The notes beneath the pieces were generated by a model. The model was not told where the DNA came from, ran no database searches, and saw only the letters and a list, made by a program, of their open reading frames with translations. Below, in pieces: positions 37,531 through 49,649 of a stretch of 64,000 nucleotides of DNA. Origin of the DNA: Amphiscolops sp. MND2022 (Eukaryota); contig OZ076409.1 in NCBI GenBank assembly GCA_964187785.1, positions 41,356,001-41,420,000 on the forward strand. The letters are read 5' to 3'. Within the stretch, counting starts at the first letter, position 1. Every line of letters begins with the position of its first letter. The translations under genes were made by a program, and so were the position numbers.

Positions 37531-38550
37531 GGCAAGTGGATCAAGCAAACAACAGTTCACTTCTGGAAATTAAAAACCAGGAATGCTGGATAAAACATAG
37601 AACCCGAAACGCTTCGAAACTCTAAAATGCTCTCAAGTGAAATCAAGTGCGCCAAAACTGGAACCCAACCAAATGAGGTTTCACCTAGCCCTAGCGAAGT
37701 TAGTTGTGTAGAGTGATCAAAATCTGGGACCATCTGTGTAGCAGTATTTTGAATTTTCACAAATGCCCATTTTATTATTTCATTGAGATATCGTGGATAA
37801 TTATTAAATTACATATTTTTCCGTCTTGCCCAGAAAGTAGGTGGTCGGTATGCCTCACCTTCGCAATACCTTTTTGCTTTTCAACAATATTTTCGTATGG
37901 TGAAAAATGTTCCAGTGCTTAGCGGACGTCTTGTACTTATCATATAATTGTGAACGAGAATGGTGCCTAGTTATGGCGTTACATCTATGTTCGCGTCTTC
38001 TTTCTTGTGTCTTATGGCGGGGCCAGTCTACTAGTTATGCTCGGCGCTTCCTCGACTTTGAGCTTGTCTTCCAGGGTGATAGAGGGTAAGGTTACACAAA
38101 GTATTGGGGAACGCGAGAAAGAATTTGTGTACCCTGAGCGTATTCGCAGTTGACCAGTGCGCGTTCGTTCTCAGAAAAAAATTGTCATTGCAGTGCGTGT
38201 TAAGAACTACGAATTTGTAACCGTTCTCCAATCCTCTCTCGCTTCGTAAGATCTCAGTCGTCCTCAAATCTATTTAGTTTGAAAAAGTTTAAGACACAAA
38301 GGTTGGAAATCACTCTTGAAAGTTTACTTTTGATCATTTGAATGCGCTGGGTCCCTTATCAATTACATACAAGCTGCCCTCAAGAGACAACCATTAACCT
38401 AAGTGAGTGCGCGTATTAACTTATCAAGCGCGTATCCTTGGGTGGCTCCCTCGAATATTTTTGATACGACGCGCACTCGATGAGCAACGTTGGCATTGCT
38501 CGATTAATCCCAGTGTCCGCAGCGCAGACGGCAACTGGTAACTCACTGGG

Positions 38551-38785
38551 GTTGTTTCAAGCCTACTTTAGACAACTACTTTGCAAAGTTGCAGTATGAT
38601 TTGTGTAAAAAACCAGTGGTTTTTTACACAAGTCATACTGCAACTTTGCAAAGTAGTTGTCTAAAGTAGACTTGAAACAACAATGATTTAGCATAATAGA
38701 CAAGCTCTTCAATGCTTCCAAGCTTCGTTCTGGCAGAACGAAGCTTGGAAGCATTGAAGAGCTTGTCTATTATGCTAAATCATTG
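38551..38785. repeat. Two abutting palindromes (38551-38681 and 38681-38785)
   Basis: 65-bp arms around G38616 (two mismatches) and 52-bp perfect arms around G38733, sharing base C38681. Confidence 0.97.
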
Positions 38786-39029
38786 CAAATGAGAGGGTTA
38801 TACTCGCAAGGATCAATTTTTGAGCCCAAATTTCATCTGAGTTCACGTATTCTGGGCAATTTCAAACTAATATGATTTTTAACCAATTAGTATTAAGCTA
38901 GAAACCACTAAAAACGCTCTTGCAACAACTGAGTGCGCTTGTAAATATTCTGTGAATTTATGGTTATAGTTCATGATTGCCACACTTTTTTTACAGTAAG
39001 ATAAACCATATGCGTTTCGTATTACGATA

Positions 39030-39601
39030 TGTAACAGGAATTACAGTACGAGTTGCATCGTTCAAAGGATCTTGCTACGAGCTTACTACGATAAGCGTAT
39101 TGGTGCTGTGAGGGTCAACCTGGAATCATTATCACTTAGTAACTTCCCATGAAATTTCGTGGATTGCTCATAAGTAATTGTCATGGATGAGTCTGTGATG
39201 CCATGATGCATGTCCTCAAAGATTCTTTAAATTTGAAATAGCTTGAACTCCTAACCCAAGTAATTAGCAGATGTAATTCTAATTGAAAGCTAATTATTCT
39301 AGAAGAAACTTCATTTAATATATCCTGTAACAAGCTTCTTAGATTCATCCTGTTGCTGTCACATTGTTAATTGATGAAACCTACCCTAGTTAATAGAATA
39401 TATCTACTCGGAGAAAATGAGAAGTCATCCTGACGATCGGTCTTCCCTCTAGCACTTCAAGAACTGAGATCTCAGAAAAAGATTGAACTTAGAACTAGCT
39501 AGCTACAGGACTTAAAGTAAGACGACTTCGCTGTTAAAATAATAGACTTCTTGTGTCAGTAATAAAACATCTCAAAGAAACAACAACACAACTTTTTAAC
39601 A
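39030..39601 (+). repeat. 5' LTR (572 bp)
   Basis: TG...CA, AATAAA at 39561; 39194-39601 is near-identical to 47104-47511. Confidence 0.9.
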
Positions 39602-39796
39602 GTTGGTGCGACCAAGAAAATTCTTCTTTCTCTCCCACTCATTTCACAACTCTACAATTTTTGTACACCTTTTCTCGACTTTCTCATCCGATATCTCTTT
39701 GTTCGACACACAGTTTCTCCACCTCTCAATATCGCCTACCGTTATTAACTTCAACGTTGCAACCAATTTCTATTCGAAATTGATTCGTGTTGCTAT

Positions 39797-39925
39797 GGTT
39801 CTGATTACGTCCTCTCACGTAATTCCTGTCAGTTACACTTCTTGGTTCTGACTGCGTTTCTCAACGTAATTCCTGTCAGTCATATTTCTTGGTTCTGACT
39901 ACGTTTCTTAGCGTAATTCCTGTCA
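39797..39925 (+). repeat. Three 47-bp tandem repeats in the element leader
   Basis: GGTTCTGA..CGTAATTCCTGTCA units start at 39797, 39844 and 39891. Confidence 0.9.
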
Positions 39926-40331
39926 AAAGATTTTTCGTTCCAACCACCTCTGAGTGAATTCGTGTTGGCTTTCTCTTGTTCCTCCGTTCCAACCGCAGGA
40001 CTGCGATACGTGTTGGCCCTTCTACAGTGCTATCCAGCGATTCCTGCTAGTAAATTATCCTTGGTTCTAGCCGCTTGGATCAACTTTAAAGTTGGCACAC
40101 CTATATAACTTATATTTTACACATAACCTTAACCTAATACATCTTTCTTCCTCTTTAATAGTACACACACCATACAAAATTCTTTGCAAACTGCTTTACG
40201 GATCCAAATACACAACAATTACAAATATATAACAAATATATCAAACAATTCTTTATATAACTCTCATTTTTCACACATATACATAACAAAATTTTATACA
40301 AATTTCTTGACATACTCCTAATAGAACTTCA

Positions 40332-40460
40332 ATGTACATGCCGTCATCAGTAGACATTGTAGTTAAGCTCATTGTCTGCGTTTGGTTCTTTGTTGCTATA
40401 GTTGCCGGTCTTGCACTTTTTCGTGACAAATTCCTAATTTCATTTATACCAAAATTTTAA
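40332..40460 (+). CDS. 42-aa hydrophobic small ORF upstream of gag
   Basis: MYMPSSVDIVVKLIVCVWFFVAIVAGLALFRDKFLISFIPKF*, with a single TM-like stretch. Confidence 0.35.
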   Translation: MYMPSSVDIVVKLIVCVWFFVAIVAGLALFRDKFLISFIPKF

Positions 40461-40479
40461 GATACAACCTTTCCTTTCT

Positions 40480-40713
40480 ATGTTAACAAATATAATACTA
40501 CCTCTTTTTGGACTGCGTAGTATTTACCACACCTTTTATACACTTAAACAATATATACAAAACCCATTTCTTCTTTTCCTAAGTACAGCACTTACAATAC
40601 TTTTACAAGTTATATTCATAGACCAAATCTTACTATATAATTCACAATACAATACAAAATATCTTCTTTTCCAATACATCTATCCTTTATGGCAATCTTG
40701 TTATACTAACTAA
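40480..40713 (+). CDS. 77-aa hydrophobic small ORF upstream of gag
   Basis: ATG-initiated, contains FLLFLSTALTILLQVIFI, and ends 15 nt before the gag ATG. Confidence 0.35.
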   Translation: MLTNIILPLFGLRSIYHTFYTLKQYIQNPFLLFLSTALTILLQVIFIDQILLYNSQYNTKYLLFQYIYPLWQSCYTN

Positions 40714-40728
40714 ATTTTACACCATATA

Positions 40729-43700
40729 ATGCTTCCTACCCCATTTACATTAACTACAGAAAAAAGACAAAATCGGTTTCTTATACAAGATGTAACACCT
40801 TTTCTAAATAACATCATCTTTCAGTACACAAATCCACTTCCATTTGAAACAGAACCCCATACATTACATACTATACCATTGGCACGAAAACATTGTGACT
40901 CTTATCTTTATTACATTCGATATAAAACACTTGAAATAACATCATCACAAACCCTTTTTCAAGTTATTTTTAATTCAGTTAAAGGCATAAATCCTGGAAC
41001 ATTTTATAGAACCATCCGTCCACAAAATTTTACACTTTCTATACAAGATGTTTTTCGCACATATATGCAAAAACTTATTGAATTCAATGAAAACCAAGAT
41101 ACACCACTTTATTGTTCTTCTCATCTACAAGAACTAAGACACAGATCTGAAAATTTTGAGGTCCTTGATCTTGACACAAGAGTTCAAAGACATAATAACC
41201 CTCATTACTGACTACAACGAGAAATTTTACAAATATAAAATTATCAACACAGATTCTTTAACAACATTATTCTTACAGATGACACGATACCCCAAGTCAA
41301 AATTTTTACTCATTTTCTATTAAAGTTTTTCCGTTTTAACTATCAATTACTTTGGGAACAAAAAGATCAACAAGCTTACAGTAACTTCCCTCAAATACTA
41401 ACACACACAGAATTTTCACCATACATCAAAAAAAATGAAAACAAACATTTACTGTACAGGGATCTTACATCATTTAATGTTACACATTTTGAACAAATAA
41501 ATCTAGATCACAACTTTTTAGTTGAACATTCTGAAACATCAGATAATCGACCTTTTACTACATCCGATACTTCCCCTGAAACAACTCCTGAAGAACAAAC
41601 CTCTAATGTTGAACCTTTATATACTAGACAACAATCAGAACAATCAGAACAAGAAGACTTTACTAACCTTTTTCAAAATTCAGACCCTCCTCAAGAACAT
41701 CCACTATATCCACCACTATCACAAGTCTCAGATATACAACAAGAGAATCCTTCTGAAACAGCTACAATTCAAAATACATCTGAATTCTCTGAACGAACTG
41801 TACAAAATACACGAAGTTTTACAATAACTCAAATGTTCGATGACTCAAATCTTATACAAATTCCTACCCACAATATTACACAAAACGAATTTAACAACCA
41901 AAACCAAGACAACACTTTAACTACAAATCAAGACAATACCTCTGTTTTATCTACATCCCATACTAATATTACACAACCCCCTCAGACACAATTATCACCT
42001 CGTCGAAATTATGATCCACCTTCTATTCCACCCCAATTTTCAACTCAGATCCACACCCACAATTCTCCCCAACAAACTTCTTCAAATACACAACATATAA
42101 CACAGAACACTAATATAGGACATTTTCAAACACCAACCTCACCATCACCTACTGAAGTACACACTTCAACCTCTACTCCAGCTCAAACTAACCCAGTACA
42201 AACTACACAACCTACCTTAAATGTTAACACCATTCATTCAAATCCATCCTTCAATTACACCACTGCCAGACACCTTTCTCGACCTCCATTACAAACCATA
42301 TTAAATAATCCCTTATCGTACAATCTTACCAGTACTAATCCAAATCATACACAACAATCTCAGACAAATAATAACAGACCCAATTCATTAAATACGCTCT
42401 CTTCTCAACACACGCCTAATACAATCACACCTACATTACAAACTTCCCAATTTCAAATACAAAATCCTCCTTCAACAACAATTAGAACCAACCCACACTT
42501 TCACAACACTTCTACCACTTCCTTAACTAATATTTCAAATAATCCTACATACAATACAGCACCACCATCTGCCATATCTCCTAATACTATGTCACACCCA
42601 ACATATTTTAATTCCTCTACTTCTATATCAAAACCCATTAAACTTTTTGATGGACTAGATCATAATTATACACCTGAAGAATACTTACAACGTATTGAGG
42701 CACGTGTTACATTTTCTTTAGGTTTACAACCTACATCACAACATAAATATAAATTTTGGCACGCTCGTTGAATGGCTTTCAAACAATGCTCTTTAACAGG
42801 GACAGCACTCAGTTGGTACATTCGTTTAAATAACACCTACAAACACGATTGGCACGCTTTTGTACAAGCTTTCAAAAAACAATTCTCCTCACAAAAGAAG
42901 GCCTATTATGCTCAAGTTGAAGCCCTTAAATTAACAAAGAAAGATAATGAAACAGTACGTCACTTTGCACTCAAAGTTCAACAGCTGGTTGAAAAAGGCT
43001 GGTGTAATGAGAATGCATCCACTATTAACCTCAAATGTAATGAAATTTTCACAAAAGGACTCCCAAAAAACCTTAAAGACTTTGCGAATAAAAGACAAGT
43101 AAAACACACTTCTACTGTTTTAGAACCATCAATTCCTTTTCATACACTAGTAAAACTTGTTGATGCTGAAGATATTGCAAACGATAAAATTAGAACACAT
43201 GACCTTGCACTTGAAATAAACAATATTACAAAACAGTTGAACACTCAAACTCTTGACCCTTCATCTCAAGAACAACTTATGTTTACACAACCCACAGACC
43301 CAAACAACAAAAATACACCTGCATATAAAAAATATTGCTCAAACTGTCACAGAACAAACCATTCCATCTCTGCGCGTTTCAAAAAACAACGAGATGATGA
43401 AGACAAACGAGATGCATGTGCTCGATCGAAATCTCCACAAAAATCTTTGGTACAGTACTTCCGTTCTCCTTCCAATGATAGAACAAAACACTATGATAAT
43501 CGATACCGAAGCCGAAGTAATTCACGAGTCAACTCCGACAACAAAAATTATTCACAAAATCGATACCGTTCTACATCTAGAGATAGATTTAGTTATGACA
43601 AAGGTACTATTCCTCCATACTACTCTAGATCACGATATGATACGTACAAACGTGATTCCCGGTCTTACCGTTCTCCATACAGATCCTCATACAGATCTCC

Positions 43701-44270
43701 TTATCGACACAACTCTCGCCCTAGATACAGATCACGCTCCTATTCCAGAGATAACAAATTTACAAACTATACAAATTCATACAGACCACCTTCAAGACCA
43801 AGAGACTCTAGATTTTCTAGATCTCGTTCTTACTCCAATTCCAGAAACAAAATTAATATGATACAACAACAAGATCAATCTGACCCTATTAACTTTGAAG
43901 TACACATGTATCACCCAACAGCAATGGCGAACGCTGTAACACCTACAAGTTGGTTTTATACACTATATGTTCATACACCATCAAGTATAGCACAAAGAGA
44001 CAACCCATCTAGATTGGAAATTGCATTCCTTCTAGATAGCGGTGCTTCCATTTCTGTATTAAATTACCCAACATACATAACTCTTACAAAACTCTTAGAT
44101 ATCAGACCAAATCATAATTCTGACGTTGGACTTGGTCGAAATTCCAAAACATTAACAGTTGCAAACCAAACTGAAGTTCCTATTTTACATTATGCCAATA
44201 TAATTTTGAACACCACTATTGATGAAAATTCTCGTTACTTTTCAGTAACATCTATTAAATGCATCTATCG
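40729..44270 (+). pseudogene. gag: gag-protease (long N-terminal extension, T/Q/N/P-rich linker, capsid, degenerate knuckle, RS-rich tract, protease)
   Basis: FDGLDHNYTPEEYLQRIEAR, LTGTALSWY, CSNCHRTNH, RYRSRS repeats, FLLDSGAS; a few in-frame stops. Confidence 0.88.
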
Positions 44271-47018
44271 TCTATTAAATACAACATACTTGGTACACCA
44301 TTCTTTGAAGATAATATACAAAACATAAACATTCAATACTTTACACTCGAATTCAAATACCAATCACAAATACACCCAAATTATGCAAAGTTTACAACAC
44401 TTCTATCTAAAGACTATCCATATTTCTCTTACATTTATAGAATTAATTCAAAAACTCAAACTCGTCTAAAACCCAAGTCTTCAAAAATTGCACACTTTCC
44501 AATAAAAAATTATCATAACCTTCATTTTACAACTACACCCCAAAATCACTTCTTCCCTTCAGTACCTCATACCTATTTTGCTACTAAATTTCGTACAAAT
44601 TTCAATTTTATTGAAGTATTCACAGATGACAAACCAGATATTTGTGCAACTATCATCCAGAACACCTCAAAACATGTTGCAACACTACCTACAGGACATA
44701 TTGGATATATCGAAGTTCCAATCACAAATGCAAAACCCAAATTCTTTCAAGTTAACGATATTAACACCTTAAAACAAAACGTTACTCATACCTACCATCC
44801 TGAAGTCACTGAACCAGTTCCACAAACTAACTATATTGTACAATACGATAATCCTACAACTCCTCCCCCTCAATATTAATTACATCAAATTTATATGACA
44901 CATGATGACACTCCAAATCAAACTTCTCCTTCATATAACGTTCAGCCTACTTCTCATACTTCTGAAAAACGCATTTTTCCTTCTCTACCATACACTTCTG
45001 AAAATCTGAAAATTATTAATAAATTTAATTTCCAATTTTCTGACCTTACAGACACTGAATACATTACACTTTGCAATATTTTACTCAAGTACAAAACATG
45101 TTATGCAACTCATAAAAAACTATGTTGGAAAAATTTCAACGCCCTTCCGTATTAGACTTAAACCTAATGCTCAACTTATAACACAACGACCTTCTAAAGT
45201 CCCTATTCACTATCGAGACAAACTTAATGTACTCCTCAAAGAACTAGAAATATATAACATTATAAAACAAATTGATTCCTCCCCACAAGATAAACCAGTT
45301 TATGGTACAACTTATTTAAACCCTCTCATTATAATCCCCAAGGGAGATACTATAAAATGTGTATTAGATGCTCGACATCTTAATTCCAATACAGAACAAT
45401 TCGATGAATTTTGGCCTATTGAACCTCTCGCTCCACAATTAGCACGCGCAAATAAAAAATAACCCTATGTATGCCTATGCACATACACCTCTTGATGAAG
45501 ACACTATTAAACTTACAAGTTTCTCCTCAGAAGATAAACTCTTCGCTTTCATCCGAGGCTTCTATGGTCTCAAAGACTTCCAAACTTCTTTACAAAACAA
45601 ATGTTTACCTTCTTTAAAACTCTTATAGAACAAGGTTTTGCTCTTGTCTACATAGATGATATATTACTCTTATCAGACTCTAAAGGGCACATGTGCAAAA
45701 CCCAAATTCTTTCAAGTTAACGATATTAACACCTTAATACATAACGTTACTCATACCTACCATCCTGAAGTCACTGAACCAGTTCCACAAACTAACTATA
45801 TTGTACAATACGATAATCCTACAACTCCTCCCCCTCAATATTCATTACATCAAATTTATATGACACATGATGACACTCCAAATCAAACTTCTCCTTTATA
45901 TAACGTTCAGCCTACTTCTCATACTTCTGAAAAACGCATTTTTCCTTCTCTACCATACACTTCTGAAAATCTGAAATTTATTAATAAATTTAATTTCCAA
46001 TTTTCTGACCTTACAGACACTGAATACATTACACTTTGCAATATTTTACTCAAGTACAAAACATGTTATGCAACTCATAAAAAACGATGTTGGAAAAATT
46101 TCAACGCCCTTCCGTATTAGACTTAAACCTAATGCTCAACTTATAACACAACGACCTTCTAAAGTCCCTATTCACTATCGAGACAAACTTAATGTACTCC
46201 TAAAAGAACTAGAAAAATATAACATTATAAAACAAAATGATTCCTCCCCAAAAGATAAACCAGTTTATGGTACAACTTATTTAAACCCTCTCATTATAAT
46301 CCCCAAGGGAGATACTATAAAATGTGTATTAGATGCTCGACATCTTAATTCCAATACAGAACAATTCGATGAATTTTGGCCTATTGAACCTCTCGCTCCA
46401 CAATTAGCACGCGCAAATAAAAATTGACCTTATGTATGCCTATGCACATACACCTCTTGATGAAGACACTATTAAACTTACCAGTTTCTCCTCAGAAGAT
46501 AAACTCTTCGCTTTCATCCGAGGCTTCTATGGTCTCAAAGACTTCCAAACTTCTTTACAAAACAAATGTTTACCTTCTTTAAAACTTTTATAGAACAAGG
46601 TTTTGCTCTTGTCTACATAGATGATATATTACTCTTATCTGACTCTAAAGAACACATGTTCCAACTTATTGAACAACTACACATTTTTAGTACAAAGAAC
46701 AATCTTAAACTAGCCAGTGAAAAATCCTTTTTCTTGCTTCTTAAAGTCAAATTTCTTGGACATGAAATTGGTTACAAAACAATTAAACCAATCCATTCGA
46801 AAATTGCAGCTATCCATAAACTTCCTTCTCCAACTGGCAAAGTTGCCCTAATGAGTTTCATTGGCGCACTCAATTTTTACACCAAATTCATTGAATAACT
46901 ACATATTAACTTTAAACCATTTTACGATCTTTTACATGAGAACACTACTTGGAAATGGACAGATGAACACGAAAGTCTTTTTCAAAAACTTAAAATGTCT
47001 CTCACTTCTGAAATTGAA
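44259..47018 (+). pseudogene. pol: Reverse transcriptase, frameshifted and partly duplicated
   Basis: YLNPLIIIPKG, CVLDARHLN, LVYIDDILL, VKFLGHEI, FIGALNFY. Confidence 0.92.
44729..46658 (+). repeat. 965-bp internal tandem duplication (44729-45693 / 45694-46658)
   Basis: Both units start TGCAAAACCCAAATTCTTTC and end ..CACATG. ORFs 45103-45462 and 46068-46427 are near-identical. Confidence 0.96.
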
Positions 47019-47103
47019 ACTTTAACATTTGAGACAAAAGCTTTTAGAACTCCTCAAACCCAAAGTGCATATATGTAATTTTAATTTTAAATTCCCGGTT
47101 GAT

Positions 47104-47511
47104 TGTGATGCCATGATGCATGTCCTCAAAGATTCTTTAAATTTGAAATAGCTTGAACTCCTAACCCAAGTAATTAGCAGATGTAATTCTATTTGAAAGC
47201 TAATTATTCTAGAAGAAACTTCATTTAATAAATCCTGTAACAAGCTTCTTAGATTCATCCTGTTGCTGTCACATTGTTAATTGATGAAACCTACACTAGT
47301 TAATAGAATATATCTACTCGGAGAAATTAAGAATTCATCCTGACGATTGGTCTTCCCTCTAGTACTTCAAAAACTGAGATCTCAGAAAAAGATTGAACTT
47401 AGAACTAGCTAGCTACAGGACTTAAAGTAAGACGACTTCGCTGTTAAAATAATAGACTTCTTATGTCAGTAATAAAACATCTCAAAGAAACAACAACACA
47501 ACTTTTTAACA
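47104..47511 (+). repeat. 3' LTR, missing its first 164 bp
   Basis: Matches 39194-39601. Confidence 0.92.
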
Positions 47512-49649
47512 GCTCAAGTCAAACAAGGATATGTACACGGAATTATATTAAAAGCAACTTCAACCCTGGCTTGCTAGGCAAAGTGACGTCAGTCCCAGTG
47601 GCAAGAGTCCCGAAACTGTTTATAGATAGTGAGCAAATGCATAAAAAGCTACAGCATGAAGTCAAAGGAACTATAAAAGGAGAAGAAGCCGAGCAACAGC
47701 TGTACCGAATATTTACGGAACACTCTGGTTGGAAATATGAATTCCTCACAACACAAAAGTCTCTATTAACTTTTTATTTTAGGTCTTGTCCAAATTGAGT
47801 TTCATGGCAATGAATCGGCGTTTCTGTTTCATTTGCATTTCATTTCTCTCAATTATATCTTGAAGTAGTTACTGAAAATTACCGTTTCATAGGAAAAAAT
47901 GTAGGAACAACATCTGCTATAATCTTAAGTCAAGAATTTGAATTTGTTATAAATTTGATAGTCAAAATCTGAAATAGCAATGATTTTTCACAGTCTTCAT
48001 TTGCCGGGATCTCGAATTGTTAAGACCTCCAATTGGAAGTGATGACTACAATTGAGGTGATGACGAAATTGCAGTACCTTAATTTGCTAGGATCTTGACA
48101 TTTGATAATCTCGAACAGCCATGATCTAAAATTTCCAATATTTTGAACTGCCAGGATCTTCAGTTGGCCAAAATTTTGAATTGAAAGGATCTAGAATGTT
48201 AAGGATCTAGATTGGCAGGATCTTGGAAGCTAGTAACGTTTTTTAGAACGCTCTCAATAACTTTATTGAGTTTTACATTTTGTCGGCCTGGTTAAGGTTT
48301 TTAGGATTTTGCAAAAATTTTGTAACTGGAGAAGGAATACATTTGTGGTCGACAGGAGAGGCGTTTAAAGATCAGTTCGGAGTAATGATTTTCCCAAACT
48401 TTGATGGTTCCCACATCTTCAAATCCAAAGTTGCTTGTGTTGAAATTGACATGGCTCTCATTCATCCCACAAAAGGAGTTTTTGTTTTCAACGTGAAGAA
48501 GGAAGGTAGTTTCAACCGCAAACAAGTTCACTGTGACAAACAAACTGAAGGAGTCAAGAAAGATATCAAGAAACACACGAATTTCATTCGCTTGCTCATA
48601 AACTACAAATCCAAAGCCGATCTTCCAATACACTCAGTCATTTGTGATTTCGCGAGCGAAAACTCCAAATTAACTGAATTGAAGAACGAAGATTCCAGCG
48701 AAAAGATTATCGTTTTTTCAAAAGAGGAGCTGAAAAAAAGTAATTTCGTCAAATTCTGGAGCTCTAAACTTGCAGAGATTGGATGCAAAGCGAAGCCCAA
48801 TGAGGTTGATTTGGTAGTTGCTCGTATGATAGCTCTTGCTTCAATTGAAGGAGCGGCCGTTTTAATAGGCGAGAAGATGAAAAGAGGTTTACTTCAATCC
48901 GTTTCTCAAAAGAAACGTTTACAAACTCAGTTGGGTGCAAACGACGACGAGAAATTCAAGGAAAACGTTTGCAAACTCTCTGAAATTGAACCTTTGCAGA
49001 AACATTCTGTTGAACGCCGGAAAAAAGTTTTTATTCTTTGGAGTGCAGATCAGTTGAAAGTTATTGGAAGATTATATGCTCACCTAACAAAAAAATTAAC
49101 TAAAGGAGCACGAATTTTAGTCAATGGCAGGGTTTCCTAGCATATCAATGAAATAATATGCTTCTTAACATTTCAAAAGAAACACCAAGTGGATGGGCAT
49201 TTATCACATCCTCCAAAATTTAGGCAATGGAATCGGTTATCGCCTCCATGATCAATTTTCGCAATCAATCAGATAGAATAAAATAGTCGTGCTAAAAAGG
49301 AAAGTATTTTGCACATTCAATATTTTTTGCGACACTACACTACTTTAGGTGTTAGAAACTCCCTTCTCAAGGAAAAAAAAACATATAAATCCTAATTTCT
49401 ATGGAATCCTGACTGCAGGGGGTAAAGGCACAGGAAAAACTATGTTGCTAGTTTTCCTCGCCAAAATGGCAACAATAATGCTGGAGTCGGAACACGAAGT
49501 AGCCGAAGAACTTCAACAACCCAAGAAAGAAAAGAAAAACAAAAAGACGTCAATTTTGGTGTGTCACGGTGATCTCAGCTGTCGGAGTTTGACCACAGCA
49601 CTCGGGGAAGCTCTTAAGGATATTGACGTCACTGTGGAGGATCTAAAAC
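47463..49649 (+). CDS. Spliced NERD-like nuclease + P-loop NTPase gene (three exons seen, ~417 aa; C-terminus not found)
   Basis: Exons 47463-47727, 48371-49126, 49419-49649, phase-consistent and stop-free. Motifs KGEEAEQQLY, EIDMALIHPTKGVFVFNVK (NERD-like), and spliced RILVNG|GKGTGKTMLL (Walker A). Confidence 0.78.

Larger units (their letters stand above)
39030..47511 (+). mobile_element. Gypsy element with very long gag, lacking RNase H and integrase
   Basis: 5' LTR 39030-39601 (TGTAACA...TTAACA), PBS-like TGGTGCGACC at 39604, then gag-PR-RT and a partial 3' LTR 47104-47511. No TSD. Confidence 0.93.

Noticed and set aside
43253..43861. 202-aa overlapping ORF
   Set aside because: Alternate-frame shadow of the repetitive RS-rich gag tract.
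48000..48230. Intronic GGATCT motif cluster
   Set aside because: Looks like an ordinary decayed minisatellite with no further structure.
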